IMG/VR virus record: IMGVR_UViG_3300031088_000759
Length of the DNA: 64,000 nt
Direction: 5' to 3' (one strand)
DNA from: a virus
Every line of letters begins with the position of its first letter. The first letter of the stretch is position 1. Shown here in pieces: positions 21,352 through 30,311 of the stretch. Made by a program: the position numbers and the translations under genes. The notes beneath the pieces were generated by a model that was not told the DNA's origin, searched no databases, and was given only the letters and a program-made list of their open reading frames with translations.

Positions 21352-21717
21352 TCAAATATCTAGCTTATTCATCACACTTAATCGCCAATTTACAAAACTT
21401 CCAACAACTGAAATCAATTCGGCATCACTGAGAGCGTAAACTTCGGAGTTTTTGTTTTCGTCTTCATCAGAACTTATCGTAATACTTCCATCAGGTGCTA
21501 TAAAAAAGTCTAACCCAAAGAGAGACAGAGAGACACCTTCAGGTTTCCAAGCGTTTTTGAATTTGGAAAGAATCAGAGATAACTCACTAATCTCGTAAAC
21601 CCTATAAGTTGTTCCACCTATATCACGAGTGTCAAATTCTCCATGATCACGTATAGCAATCACTAGTCTTTTAAAAGTTTCTTTCGTCAGCATAGTTTCA
21701 TAACGCCGTTCTCTCAA
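21352..21717 (-). CDS. hypothetical protein
   Basis: ORF co-oriented with neighbours; start uncertain. Confidence 0.6.
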   Translation of the reverse strand: MRERRYETMLTKETFKRLVIAIRDHGEFDTRDIGGTTYRVYEISELSLILSKFKNAWKPEGVSLSLFGLDFFIAPDGSITISSDEDENKNSEVYALSDAELISVVGSFVNWRLSVMNKLDI

Positions 21718-21763
21718 GGAAAAATGCTATCAATAATATCATCTATTTAAAATATTCTACCAA

Positions 21764-21815
21764 AAAATAGAATTAACCAAAGCATATTCTAAAACGCTTT
21801 GGTTAATTCTATTTT
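21764..21815. terminator. 20-bp perfect inverted repeat
   Basis: AAAATAGAATTAACCAAAGC-N12-GCTTTGGTTAATTCTATTTT. Confidence 0.6.
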
Positions 21816-21833
21816 GAAATATTTGTATTTTTA

Positions 21834-22388
21834 TCAAGATGTTCCAAATGGTTTAACTTCGCCATTTTCATCTTCAACATTTGAATATACTAAATCTTCT
21901 GGATTACCTTGGTTTTCTGATAGAAGAACATCTTCCTCATGTAGCTGACTATCGTGTTCATCAAGATCAGAACCTTCATCCAGTGAGGAAACATAATCAT
22001 CTTCAGCTGAAAGCGATTCATTCTCTGTTATCAAATTTTCGTTTGCTCTTTCATGATCAGAGCTTGTATCATCTAAACCGGCATAACTGTCATTTAGTGC
22101 TGTATAATCGTCTACTGAATTAATTTCCTGATTCAGATCATAATCAGTTTCTAACCTTTCTACACTATCCTCTTCTGGAATTGAATCAGAAAGACTCTCT
22201 TCTTCAATTCTTTCATTATGCGGATCATGTGCTGAAGCGTCATACGTATCCTGATTTAATCCAGAATCATTACTATCAGAATTTAAAGCATCAGTATTAT
22301 GTTGTTCTGTCGAGTCATTACCTAGATCGTTTTTTATTTCATCTAGTTTGTTTGTCAATGTTTCTTTAAGATTGTCAAAAGTGCTCAT
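21834..22388 (-). CDS. highly acidic, probably disordered protein
   Basis: D/E/S/N-rich composition; AGGAG RBS. Confidence 0.7.
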   Translation of the reverse strand: MSTFDNLKETLTNKLDEIKNDLGNDSTEQHNTDALNSDSNDSGLNQDTYDASAHDPHNERIEEESLSDSIPEEDSVERLETDYDLNQEINSVDDYTALNDSYAGLDDTSSDHERANENLITENESLSAEDDYVSSLDEGSDLDEHDSQLHEEDVLLSENQGNPEDLVYSNVEDENGEVKPFGTS

Positions 22389-22530
22389 TAGAACCAACTC
22401 CTGTTATATCATCATGCGCTTATATATGTATAAACAACAACACATAAGAACATTTTTTATTACTTCGCTTTTATGCTAATATGTGTTAATCTTTTAATAT
22501 CACAAAAAGATAACTTTTATTTTGAATGAT

Positions 22531-22833
22531 TCAGTTTTGTTGTTTTCCATCTAAAAATATTTTTACATGTTCTGGGATAATAGTTCCATCATCATATGTG
22601 ATTATTTGTTTAACTGGTGAAAGATCTCTTGTACAAATCATTCCGGTATAGTCTTTTGTTGTTAAGTGTATCTCATTTCCTGTTTGTTCAACGTTTTCAA
22701 TTATTGGTGGACAAGAAGAACTTCCACGTGATACGTAAACAATTTTACCATCTTCTATATATGCTTTATTATGAGGTAGCATTTTATCTTCCGTGATGTC
22801 TACTCTTTTGATCTTAAAAACTTTGCTATTCAT
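22531..22833 (-). CDS. hypothetical protein with GSSSCPP...CTxD motif
   Basis: Motif recalled from actinobacterial extracytoplasmic proteins; AAGGA RBS. Confidence 0.65.
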   Translation of the reverse strand: MNSKVFKIKRVDITEDKMLPHNKAYIEDGKIVYVSRGSSSCPPIIENVEQTGNEIHLTTKDYTGMICTRDLSPVKQIITYDDGTIIPEHVKIFLDGKQQN

Positions 22834-22852
22834 TTTTCTTTCCTTTCAAAAA

Positions 22853-24061
22853 TCAAAGCATAACAATGTGCGGTTTAAATGTTGAATGCAATCCCAATAG
22901 AGGCATCTTAGTTTCTTGTATTCCTAAACCAGCTAAATTTCCAGCTACTGTAAAGAAACTAAGATACACAAAATGATTATTTCCGTCTTCTTCTTTATAT
23001 CTTTTTGGTATTTCAAGTTTTCGATATACCATGTTCTTTTGATTTTTGAAATCTTTTACATCTTCCGCCCAGGATGTAAAACGACGACCTTTTAAAATAC
23101 CTAGTTCATTTCTAGATACAGATGATGACAAAGGTGCAGCTACAATGTCATTTCCCAATTTCTTTGAACGAGACATAGATGATGGGGATATAAGGGCTGA
23201 TCTAGGATATAGTTCATGCAAAGCGGGCAACATAGCACGATTGCCTAAGATTGTCTTCCATGATGGTTCAAAAGTTTTTTCTAATCTTCCACTATGGGCA
23301 ATGAAGTCTCTTGTGATTCCATGCGATAATAGCATTTCCCAGGGAAATTGTTTATAGATGTTAGTGATGTTATCACCTTTTCCATCATGCCAAATTCCTT
23401 GGTTTTTATCCCACTCAAGGTCTTTCAGCCTTACACGTCCCACATTCCATCCACCTTTTTCAGCTAATCCTTTAACTAATGATGAAACAATCCAATCACG
23501 TCCCCGAGAAGCTGTATTGTCAAGTATATGCATGTTTCCGGTCTTTGACATATCATTTAATTGCTGGAAAGCGTTTATTGTCATTTCTGGGATAGAATTT
23601 AGCTGAGTTATTTTGTGTTGTTTAGCTTTTTGGGAAAATTTGTCCCATAACCATGCCCTTTGAGATTGCGCTGCCTCTACAAACATTCTTGGAGCATCAG
23701 CGTCAATATTAACCAGCTTTACTTGACCATTTCCTAAATATGCAAAATCATACCTAGTAAACATTTCAATTTCTTGATCATCAAAACTATTTCTAGCATA
23801 TTCAAAAACTGGTCTTGTTAAACCTAATGTTCCCCATTCACCATCCAGTAAAAAGTCTACTGCTTCACGACTCATCTGAGTTATAGCTGACACTTTATCA
23901 AGTATTGTATCTACTTCGTTCTTTGTAATGATATAAGCTGAACTTTCATCCCAGGTTCTATAGCTTTCCCCATTTTCAAGCGTTCTTTCTACGCGAAAAA
24001 CACCTGATTCATGCGCTTTATCATCGCTGTTATCGCGCAACGCTACGGGGACTCTTTTCAT
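22853..24061 (-). CDS. glutathionylspermidine synthase-like ATP-grasp protein (degenerate)
   Basis: WDESSAY, RYDFAY, ADAP..EAA..Q..W, YKQFPWE, EPSWKTILGNRAMLPAL. Confidence 0.8.
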   Translation of the reverse strand: MKRVPVALRDNSDDKAHESGVFRVERTLENGESYRTWDESSAYIITKNEVDTILDKVSAITQMSREAVDFLLDGEWGTLGLTRPVFEYARNSFDDQEIEMFTRYDFAYLGNGQVKLVNIDADAPRMFVEAAQSQRAWLWDKFSQKAKQHKITQLNSIPEMTINAFQQLNDMSKTGNMHILDNTASRGRDWIVSSLVKGLAEKGGWNVGRVRLKDLEWDKNQGIWHDGKGDNITNIYKQFPWEMLLSHGITRDFIAHSGRLEKTFEPSWKTILGNRAMLPALHELYPRSALISPSSMSRSKKLGNDIVAAPLSSSVSRNELGILKGRRFTSWAEDVKDFKNQKNMVYRKLEIPKRYKEEDGNNHFVYLSFFTVAGNLAGLGIQETKMPLLGLHSTFKPHIVML

Positions 24062-24296
24062 TGAAACAACTTTCTCTAATCGTATCCAATAACAATATTA
24101 CTACATTAATATCTTTAAAGATATTTTCTAAACTACTGAGTGCTCTTCTCAAAAAACAGCACAATCAAAATCTTAACAAAGTAATTATACAATAGAATTA
24201 TTCTATCAAAAATAACACAAAAGAAACCGCTGAACCAAGGAGAAAGTTCAGCGGTTTCTATCAGGAGAAAACTATGTCAATTATTTAATTTTATTT

Positions 24297-24641
24297 TCAA
24301 ACACGTTCCGCATTTGAAGATGCTTCAGCAAATTCTTTAACAATAACAGGTGAAGGAACTTTACCGAAACGATTATGATTCAGGCTAACATCAAGATCAA
24401 GGCTTCTGCTATTATGAACAGCACCAGCTGAACGACGTTTGTCCCGAGGTGATAAACCATGATCACGACGACCACGCTTCATAGTTGAAAGTGTATCAAA
24501 GCGATCTTGAAGAACTTGCTCTGCTTTCACAGTTGCTTCTACTTTATCAGTAAAATGACGGTCGCTTCCAAACTCACAAAGACGTTGAGAAGCCACACAA
24601 CGAAGGACACGTCCATCATCTGTAACATGTAATTTACTCAT
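24297..24641 (-). CDS. hypothetical protein with shared N-terminal H-C-C-H module
   Basis: MSKLHVTDDGRVLRCVASQRLCEFG..RHF..EA. Confidence 0.75.
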   Translation of the reverse strand: MSKLHVTDDGRVLRCVASQRLCEFGSDRHFTDKVEATVKAEQVLQDRFDTLSTMKRGRRDHGLSPRDKRRSAGAVHNSRSLDLDVSLNHNRFGKVPSPVIVKEFAEASSNAERV

Positions 24642-24758
24642 TTGATTCTCCTTTTAATACTGCTTTACAACAATAAACCTGGTTTAACATTATATAATAT
24701 CAATATTTCTAAACAATTTTTTTAAAAATTTTAGTATGATACAAACATTTTTCAAAAG

Positions 24759-24845
24759 TTATCCACATAACATCAAAAAAATACGGTAAAACCTTAACAA
24801 ATTGAATACATATTTTTTTGAAAATGTGGAAAAAAATGAGGATAA
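24759..24845. promoter_or_regulatory. cluster of three DnaA-box-like 9-mers
   Basis: TTATCCACA (24759), TGTGGAAAA (24825), TGAGGATAA (24837) in an AT-rich non-coding gap. Confidence 0.4.
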
Positions 24846-24949
24846 AAAATTACTTTAATCTTTTCTTCAATAAAAGAACACATCAAACTGTAAAAATTTT
24901 AAAAAGGATAGCCAGTATAGTTAGGCTTGAAAAAACTTGTAATTCAACC

Positions 24950-25984
24950 TCATGTTCTTGCGAAATTTCTCAATGAAAATGTTTTAGCTTCAAAGCGCAT
25001 TTTAATATCTTTGCTAATCCAATGACTCTTTTTATCAACGCTACCAGGTGGCACAAGTATATATTCTTGATTGAATTCTTCAAGTAGATCAATCCAAAAC
25101 TTTAAAGAGGATTCTCGCTTATTACCGCCGTATCTCAAAGGATCTTTTACCAAAGGAATATTGTCAGGCAAAAGATAATATACATCAGCTTCAAAATTTA
25201 AAGCATCCTTAACTAATTGTTCTGGAACAGGTTCATTCATAATACGATAATAGCCTATTGTGCTAAACAAATCTGTGTCAAAGACCAACGCCGGATGCGA
25301 AGCTTTATAAGAAAATAAATTTTGAAGAGAATTCTGTCCCAAATGAATGTGGTTCATTTTCTTCATAGACAATTCAGCTCCAACTTCTTCAAGATAAGGC
25401 CGAGCATATTCAACAATCCAAGGAATGTTTAAAATGCTGCTCACTTCGCAAGAAAGCGTAGTTTTACCTACTGATTCTTGACCAAACATTACAGCTTTGA
25501 ACAGTAGTTTTCTTTGTATTAAAGGTAGAATATTGTCCCAGTTGTTCCATATGTCTTCTCTTACAGAAGTGCTTTTAGTTTTATTATGGAATCTAGATAT
25601 GTCATAAGGGATGAAGTCAGCTTCCAGGGATTCAGCAACACTTTTACCATAAGACTCAGAAGCAACAACATAATCCCATTTCTCAACATTAGGGAAATTT
25701 TTATTAATTTCATTTCGCCACCATTCCCAAAAACCAACTTTCATATCAGAAGGGTTTTGAGGAGCATCATCATTAGTAGAGTACTTTATCTGAACATTAT
25801 CAAAACTTTTTATCGAATATTCTTTTAATGCCTCAACTCTTAAATAGCCTTCTAGTGGTTCGAACGTTCTGCTATTAACAAGAACATGAACTTGTGTATC
25901 AGCGAAATTTTTAGCAAAATTTATCAGATCAGCATGACCCGTAGTAGGTAAAAGAGCTGTCATAAGAATAATAGTATTTTTCAT
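24950..25984 (-). CDS. nadR: NadR-type NMN adenylyltransferase / nicotinamide riboside kinase (no HTH)
   Basis: LPTTGH nucleotidyltransferase motif variant, SESYG, GQESVGKTTL, EYARPY, DTD, DPLRYGG; coupled to pnuC. Confidence 0.88.
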   Translation of the reverse strand: MKNTIILMTALLPTTGHADLINFAKNFADTQVHVLVNSRTFEPLEGYLRVEALKEYSIKSFDNVQIKYSTNDDAPQNPSDMKVGFWEWWRNEINKNFPNVEKWDYVVASESYGKSVAESLEADFIPYDISRFHNKTKSTSVREDIWNNWDNILPLIQRKLLFKAVMFGQESVGKTTLSCEVSSILNIPWIVEYARPYLEEVGAELSMKKMNHIHLGQNSLQNLFSYKASHPALVFDTDLFSTIGYYRIMNEPVPEQLVKDALNFEADVYYLLPDNIPLVKDPLRYGGNKRESSLKFWIDLLEEFNQEYILVPPGSVDKKSHWISKDIKMRFEAKTFSLRNFART

Positions 25985-26697
25985 AGTTTGCCTTCTCCTT
26001 CAAAAGGTGTTCCTGCTACAGAGGTAGCAATATTCACTGTTTCAACTTCTTGCGGATTTTGATTCATGGTTTTTCGCCATTGAAAATAAGCAAAGATAGC
26101 GTTGAACAAAAACAGCATGAATTGAGCGGCTAGAAGATACAATCCGCTTTCAAAATACACATAGACAGAAACAATATTAACTAAGACCCATACAATCCAA
26201 GTTTCAATCTTTTTGCGATCTAACAGGAATTGAGCAAGAACTGTTCCGACTAAGAGCCACCCGTCAAGAGCAACCATATTGCCACCAAAGCTTGTAATGA
26301 TGAAGTAAGCACCAGTCCATGTCAATGCTGTGAAAAATATGTAAAGAACAATTTTCTTAGGCTGAACATGTTGAACAGGTTTAGGGTTAGTGTCTCTCCC
26401 CCACATAAACCAACCTATAATGACAGTAGGAATAAGGTATATGTTAAGAGCCATGGACCCATATAATCCAGCTTGGTAAAAAGTAATAACCAATAAAGTT
26501 GTAGAAACAACCCCTAAAACATAGTTAAATCTAACTTGTCTAGTGCAAAGCCATGTGCATGCAAAAGAAAAGAAAACAGAAGCAGTCTCAATCCAATTTA
26601 TTTTTTCATTCATCAGTGTCATTGCTAAGAGCAAAACGCCTGTAATAGCAAAAGCAATAATAAAAGACTCTAAAATATAGCGTTTAGTAAGTATCAT
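25981..26697 (-). CDS. pnuC: nicotinamide riboside transporter PnuC
   Basis: Multi-TM; CTWLC, GWFMW, AQFLL.RKKIETWIVW..VN; start ATG at 26697 after AAGGAG. Confidence 0.9.
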   Translation of the reverse strand: MILTKRYILESFIIAFAITGVLLLAMTLMNEKINWIETASVFFSFACTWLCTRQVRFNYVLGVVSTTLLVITFYQAGLYGSMALNIYLIPTVIIGWFMWGRDTNPKPVQHVQPKKIVLYIFFTALTWTGAYFIITSFGGNMVALDGWLLVGTVLAQFLLDRKKIETWIVWVLVNIVSVYVYFESGLYLLAAQFMLFLFNAIFAYFQWRKTMNQNPQEVETVNIATSVAGTPFEGEGKL

Positions 26698-26703
26698 TTT
26701 TTT

Positions 26704-26739
26704 CTCCTTGTTCTTCAACCGGCGTAAGAGCAACCCGGT
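26704..26739 (-). ncRNA. compact NAD+-II (pnuC-motif)-like riboswitch candidate
   Basis: ACCGG-GUUG-CUCUU-ACG-CCGGU-UGAAGAACAAGGAG; loop CUCUU can pair with the SD AGGAG; directly 5' of pnuC. Confidence 0.75.
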
Positions 26740-26921
26740 AATTTAAATATAAACTTTCTTACAAAATAACAACAAGAATATTTTTATATCAATGCTGCTA
26801 TGCTTAAAAACATTATAACACATTAAATATCAAAGTGATACTTAAAAGTAAATAAAAATTTTGGAACCCGGAATTATAATCCTGAGTTCCAAAATAATAA
26901 GAGTGCAATTAAGCAACAAAA

Positions 26922-27455
26922 TTATTCTTTGCTCTGTTCTTGAACAATCAGAGGTGATGAAGAACCATAGTTATTTAAAGAATTAACTCTATACTTCAAC
27001 AACTCTTCATAAAACTTCTTGGTTCCTAGCCCTACCATTAAAGCTATAATTGAAACTATCATACCTAGAATGTTAAGAACAGAAAGCAGAATCAATCCAA
27101 CTCCGCCCCATATACTACCGCTCATAGCGCTTAAATAAGACAAGAACAAGAATGAAGAAACAATAGCTTCTACGATTAACAAATTTTTTGCTAAATCTTT
27201 TGTAAAAGACTTTTGGCTTCTATGTAAAACTTCCACAGCTTTCGTCCTTAAATATGTAAAAGGAAAGAGGGTAAAAACTGCAGAAATAACAAGCAGAAAC
27301 ATGGCTACTGGTCCTACAAATCTAAAATCTACATTATTGCCAACATTAGATGATAGAGCTATAAAAGCCACGCCGAGAGAAGAGGCAAAAATCACAAGCG
27401 TATGAATTATAGAATAACGTAGTCGTTTTTGTGTAATATATTTAAAAATATTCAT
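26922..27455 (-). CDS. membrane protein (4 TM)
   Basis: Hydrophobic segments; RBS present. Confidence 0.7.
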   Translation of the reverse strand: MNIFKYITQKRLRYSIIHTLVIFASSLGVAFIALSSNVGNNVDFRFVGPVAMFLLVISAVFTLFPFTYLRTKAVEVLHRSQKSFTKDLAKNLLIVEAIVSSFLFLSYLSAMSGSIWGGVGLILLSVLNILGMIVSIIALMVGLGTKKFYEELLKYRVNSLNNYGSSSPLIVQEQSKE

Positions 27456-27525
27456 AAATCTTCCTCTCCTGCTTTTTCCATCGTATATTATTAATATCTT
27501 AAAACTGTTTATAATAAAAATTAAC

Positions 27526-28275
27526 TTAATTTGCTAAAATTTCTTTAAAACTAGACACTGTGCTCTCTGTGGTGTCTCTAAGAGCTGCAACAGAAACCAT
27601 TTTATTCCTCACAACTTCTACTTTTTCAATTTCGCCATTTTTCTTATTCAAATATTCCACAGTTTGTTCAAATGGCTTTCGAACGATGAGCCTACCATTA
27701 AAAAATGTTTCAGGAAGTTTTTCAAATTCTGTTCCAATAAGAAGTTCAGTTCTTTTACTAGTAGAAACATTCAACAGTTCTTTGTGGCTGAATAAACTTT
27801 CAGCTGCCATAGTGATAGCGTTCTTTCTAGCGTCCAGTCTCCTCCAGTCCATGTACTCTTGAACTTCTTCTAAGTCTTGAAGCCGAAAAATTCTCGCATC
27901 AAAGACAGGGATTCCTTGACAGTTTGGTTCGGATTTAAGAAACGCACCTGTTGCTAGCGAAGCAGAAGTAGAAAGAATTTTTTCAATTTTGCCATCAAAA
28001 AGAAATTGATTCTTAGGTCCCCATTTATCTGTAAAGAAAATTGTAATCTCATCAGATTGAACGTAGCCAAACATAGCACCCGTAATAAGGTTATTCATCA
28101 AACTAATAGCAGTTTGATCCATAGTATTCATAAAACCTTCGTCAAAAGGGCGATTGTACTGTTTAGTAAAAGTGTGAAAAGATTTACCATCCAGACGAAT
28201 TCCAATTATAGATTGAGCTGGTAGCCTGCTTCTGAAGTCTGATTCAAGACTTTTAAACTTTTCATTCATCTTCAT
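27526..28275 (-). CDS. tRNA(His) guanylyltransferase Thg1-like protein
   Basis: IRLDGKSFHTFT, PFD, YVQSDEI, FDGKIEK, FDAR, WRRLDA.KN. Confidence 0.92.
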   Translation of the reverse strand: MKMNEKFKSLESDFRSRLPAQSIIGIRLDGKSFHTFTKQYNRPFDEGFMNTMDQTAISLMNNLITGAMFGYVQSDEITIFFTDKWGPKNQFLFDGKIEKILSTSASLATGAFLKSEPNCQGIPVFDARIFRLQDLEEVQEYMDWRRLDARKNAITMAAESLFSHKELLNVSTSKRTELLIGTEFEKLPETFFNGRLIVRKPFEQTVEYLNKKNGEIEKVEVVRNKMVSVAALRDTTESTVSSFKEILAN

Positions 28276-28318
28276 GGCTCAAAACTTTCTATTGTATCCG
28301 TATAGTGCTCTGATTTTA

Positions 28319-28981
28319 TCAATCCCACCAAATGTATTTTTCAACTTCTTCATAAATAACTTCATCATTCACAAAATCGTCTTTTTCCATCAATTCTTCA
28401 TACTCTTCACCCAGAGTGTTATAAGTGTTAGCAATCTTTTTCAGATTTGCCTTGCGATTTGTTTTAGAGTGTTTAACTCTACCATTCCCCCAGCCCCAGC
28501 CTGAACGGTATTCTTTCTTATCATAAAAATACACATCAGGAACACAAGAAGCAATTTTCCCATTGCTTTTATCAACAAAACTATGAGGGTCGAAATCCTT
28601 AGCATCAACACATTTTTCAGATTGTACTCGTTTTCTCTCATATTCCACTTCGATATGAAAAGCAATCTTTTTAGGTTCGTAGCCAATAATGGATCGAGTG
28701 TAAAACCCTAAGCGTGGATTATATACGGCTTTTGTAAGAGGGTAGCCTGGCTCTTCTTCGATAGTGTATTCAAATTCTTGCTCATCCAAAGCTTTTTTAT
28801 AAGCAAAAATGGATGCACTATCTTTTTTATAAAACTTTACTTTTTCAATTCGTGTGTAAGTTTTTGAACTATTTTGATCAATAGTCCAAAAATGGTGATC
28901 AAACCCGTGCTCAAAATGACCATCTTGCATTTTGTGCAGCTGTTTGACACGATAAGGTAAATCTTTATATGTTCGTGACAT
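28319..28981 (-). CDS. hypothetical protein (MSRTYKDLP N-terminus) under leader control
   Basis: AAGGAG RBS embedded in an upstream structure. Confidence 0.75.
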   Translation of the reverse strand: MSRTYKDLPYRVKQLHKMQDGHFEHGFDHHFWTIDQNSSKTYTRIEKVKFYKKDSASIFAYKKALDEQEFEYTIEEEPGYPLTKAVYNPRLGFYTRSIIGYEPKKIAFHIEVEYERKRVQSEKCVDAKDFDPHSFVDKSNGKIASCVPDVYFYDKKEYRSGWGWGNGRVKHSKTNRKANLKKIANTYNTLGEEYEELMEKDDFVNDEVIYEEVEKYIWWD

Positions 28982-28990
28982 TGTATTAGT

Positions 28991-29100
28991 CTCCTTAACT
29001 ATAATAAGCTAAGAAAGTCAATGTTTCTCATTGTGAAAAACACAGCTTAGCTTATTCAGAAGGAGTTAAGCGCATAATAATTCATAAAATCCAGCCTTTC
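28991..29100 (-). promoter_or_regulatory. leader with uORF (29085-29056, MNYYALNSF*) and SD-sequestering hairpin
   Basis: uORF has its own GAAAGG RBS; 11-bp stem AATAAGCTAAG/CTTAGCTTATT; CTCCTT anti-SD lies in the uORF; promoter TTGACA-N17-TATAAT just upstream. Confidence 0.65.
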
Positions 29101-29200
29101 AAAGTAGTTTTATATATTATATCTTATCCAATAGTCTTTGTCAAATAAAAGATTAGCGCAACAGGATTTTAAACTGTTGCGCTAATCTTAACATTTATTT

Positions 29201-30205
29201 TCAGCTTCTTGCATCAAACCTAGTTCCTCTTTTGTCATGTTTAGCTCTAGTTTGTGCTCTTCTTTCAGAAGCTTTAATTTTTGCTTCTTTTCTCATTTCT
29301 TGAAATTCTTCTTTTGTTGGCATTTTCTGTAAGCTACGAACAGTGTTATAAACTTGGTTCTCATAAGATACGCTAACATAGTAATTTTCAAGAGCGTTAT
29401 AATAATTATTCTCTTGCTCCAAGAAATCATGATCTTCTGCTAAATCAGACTCGGATAATGATTTTTTCTTATCATTAAGCAATTTGTTCAGTTTTCGTCT
29501 TTCAGTTTCATATTCTTTATGAGATGTCTGGCTTTCAGTTGCTATTTCTACACGATTATAAAAACCACGGTTGAAATAATCTATCTGACTGTTAGAGTCA
29601 TCATAATTATAAGCATCATGGAGATTGGACACTCTTTCTGACAATTGCTTATATTCAGGCTTTAACTGAATACTATAAAAGTTTGGATCATATTCATGTG
29701 TTTCAGATATATCTCCCGCACCATATACAACAGTGTTAATAAATGAACCACCAGAATAATTATCTACGGTAACACTATATTTAAATCCATTAGGCAAGTA
29801 TCCACCAACAGTTGCTTCTTTTAAATCTTGACGAATTTTTTTCGCAATTTCACGGGTAGGTACATATTTGTTATCTTCAGATAGTTTAGAACCTACCCAA
29901 GCGTTTCCTCCATAACCTCCATCTTTTACAGCAATTCGAGAAGGTTCTTTATAATTGCTCGGTTTACTATTCATAATCTCAAGGTTTTTAGTTGGTGATT
30001 CTTTTTGAGGATTTTTAGTGCCACTTTTTAGAACTCTACTAGTTTCACCATATTGTTGTTGCATGCTTTTTTCAGCATAGTTTCTTGCTTCTTCTTTGTT
30101 ATTAAAGTGAGGTGGTTCTTGCCCATCAACAGCAAAGTCGCACTTAATTTTTGCTTTACAGATGTTAGGTCTACCTGATTCTGGGTTAACATGATATCTT
30201 GTCAT
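29201..30205 (-). CDS. N-terminal H-C-C-H module + LPD29-like (polyvalent-protein-associated) domain
   Basis: MTRYHVNPESG..ICKA..CDF; AKKIRQDLK...KYSV...YSGGS.I...YNYDDS..QIDYF..GFY. Confidence 0.7.
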   Translation of the reverse strand: MTRYHVNPESGRPNICKAKIKCDFAVDGQEPPHFNNKEEARNYAEKSMQQQYGETSRVLKSGTKNPQKESPTKNLEIMNSKPSNYKEPSRIAVKDGGYGGNAWVGSKLSEDNKYVPTREIAKKIRQDLKEATVGGYLPNGFKYSVTVDNYSGGSFINTVVYGAGDISETHEYDPNFYSIQLKPEYKQLSERVSNLHDAYNYDDSNSQIDYFNRGFYNRVEIATESQTSHKEYETERRKLNKLLNDKKKSLSESDLAEDHDFLEQENNYYNALENYYVSVSYENQVYNTVRSLQKMPTKEEFQEMRKEAKIKASERRAQTRAKHDKRGTRFDARS

Positions 30206-30311
30206 TTTTTCTCCTAAATAAACATTAAGTACAATGATTTTCTAACTTAATTTTATAAAGATGAATTATAGAATTACACCGATATCACAAAATAAAGAAC
30301 TATACTGAAAT

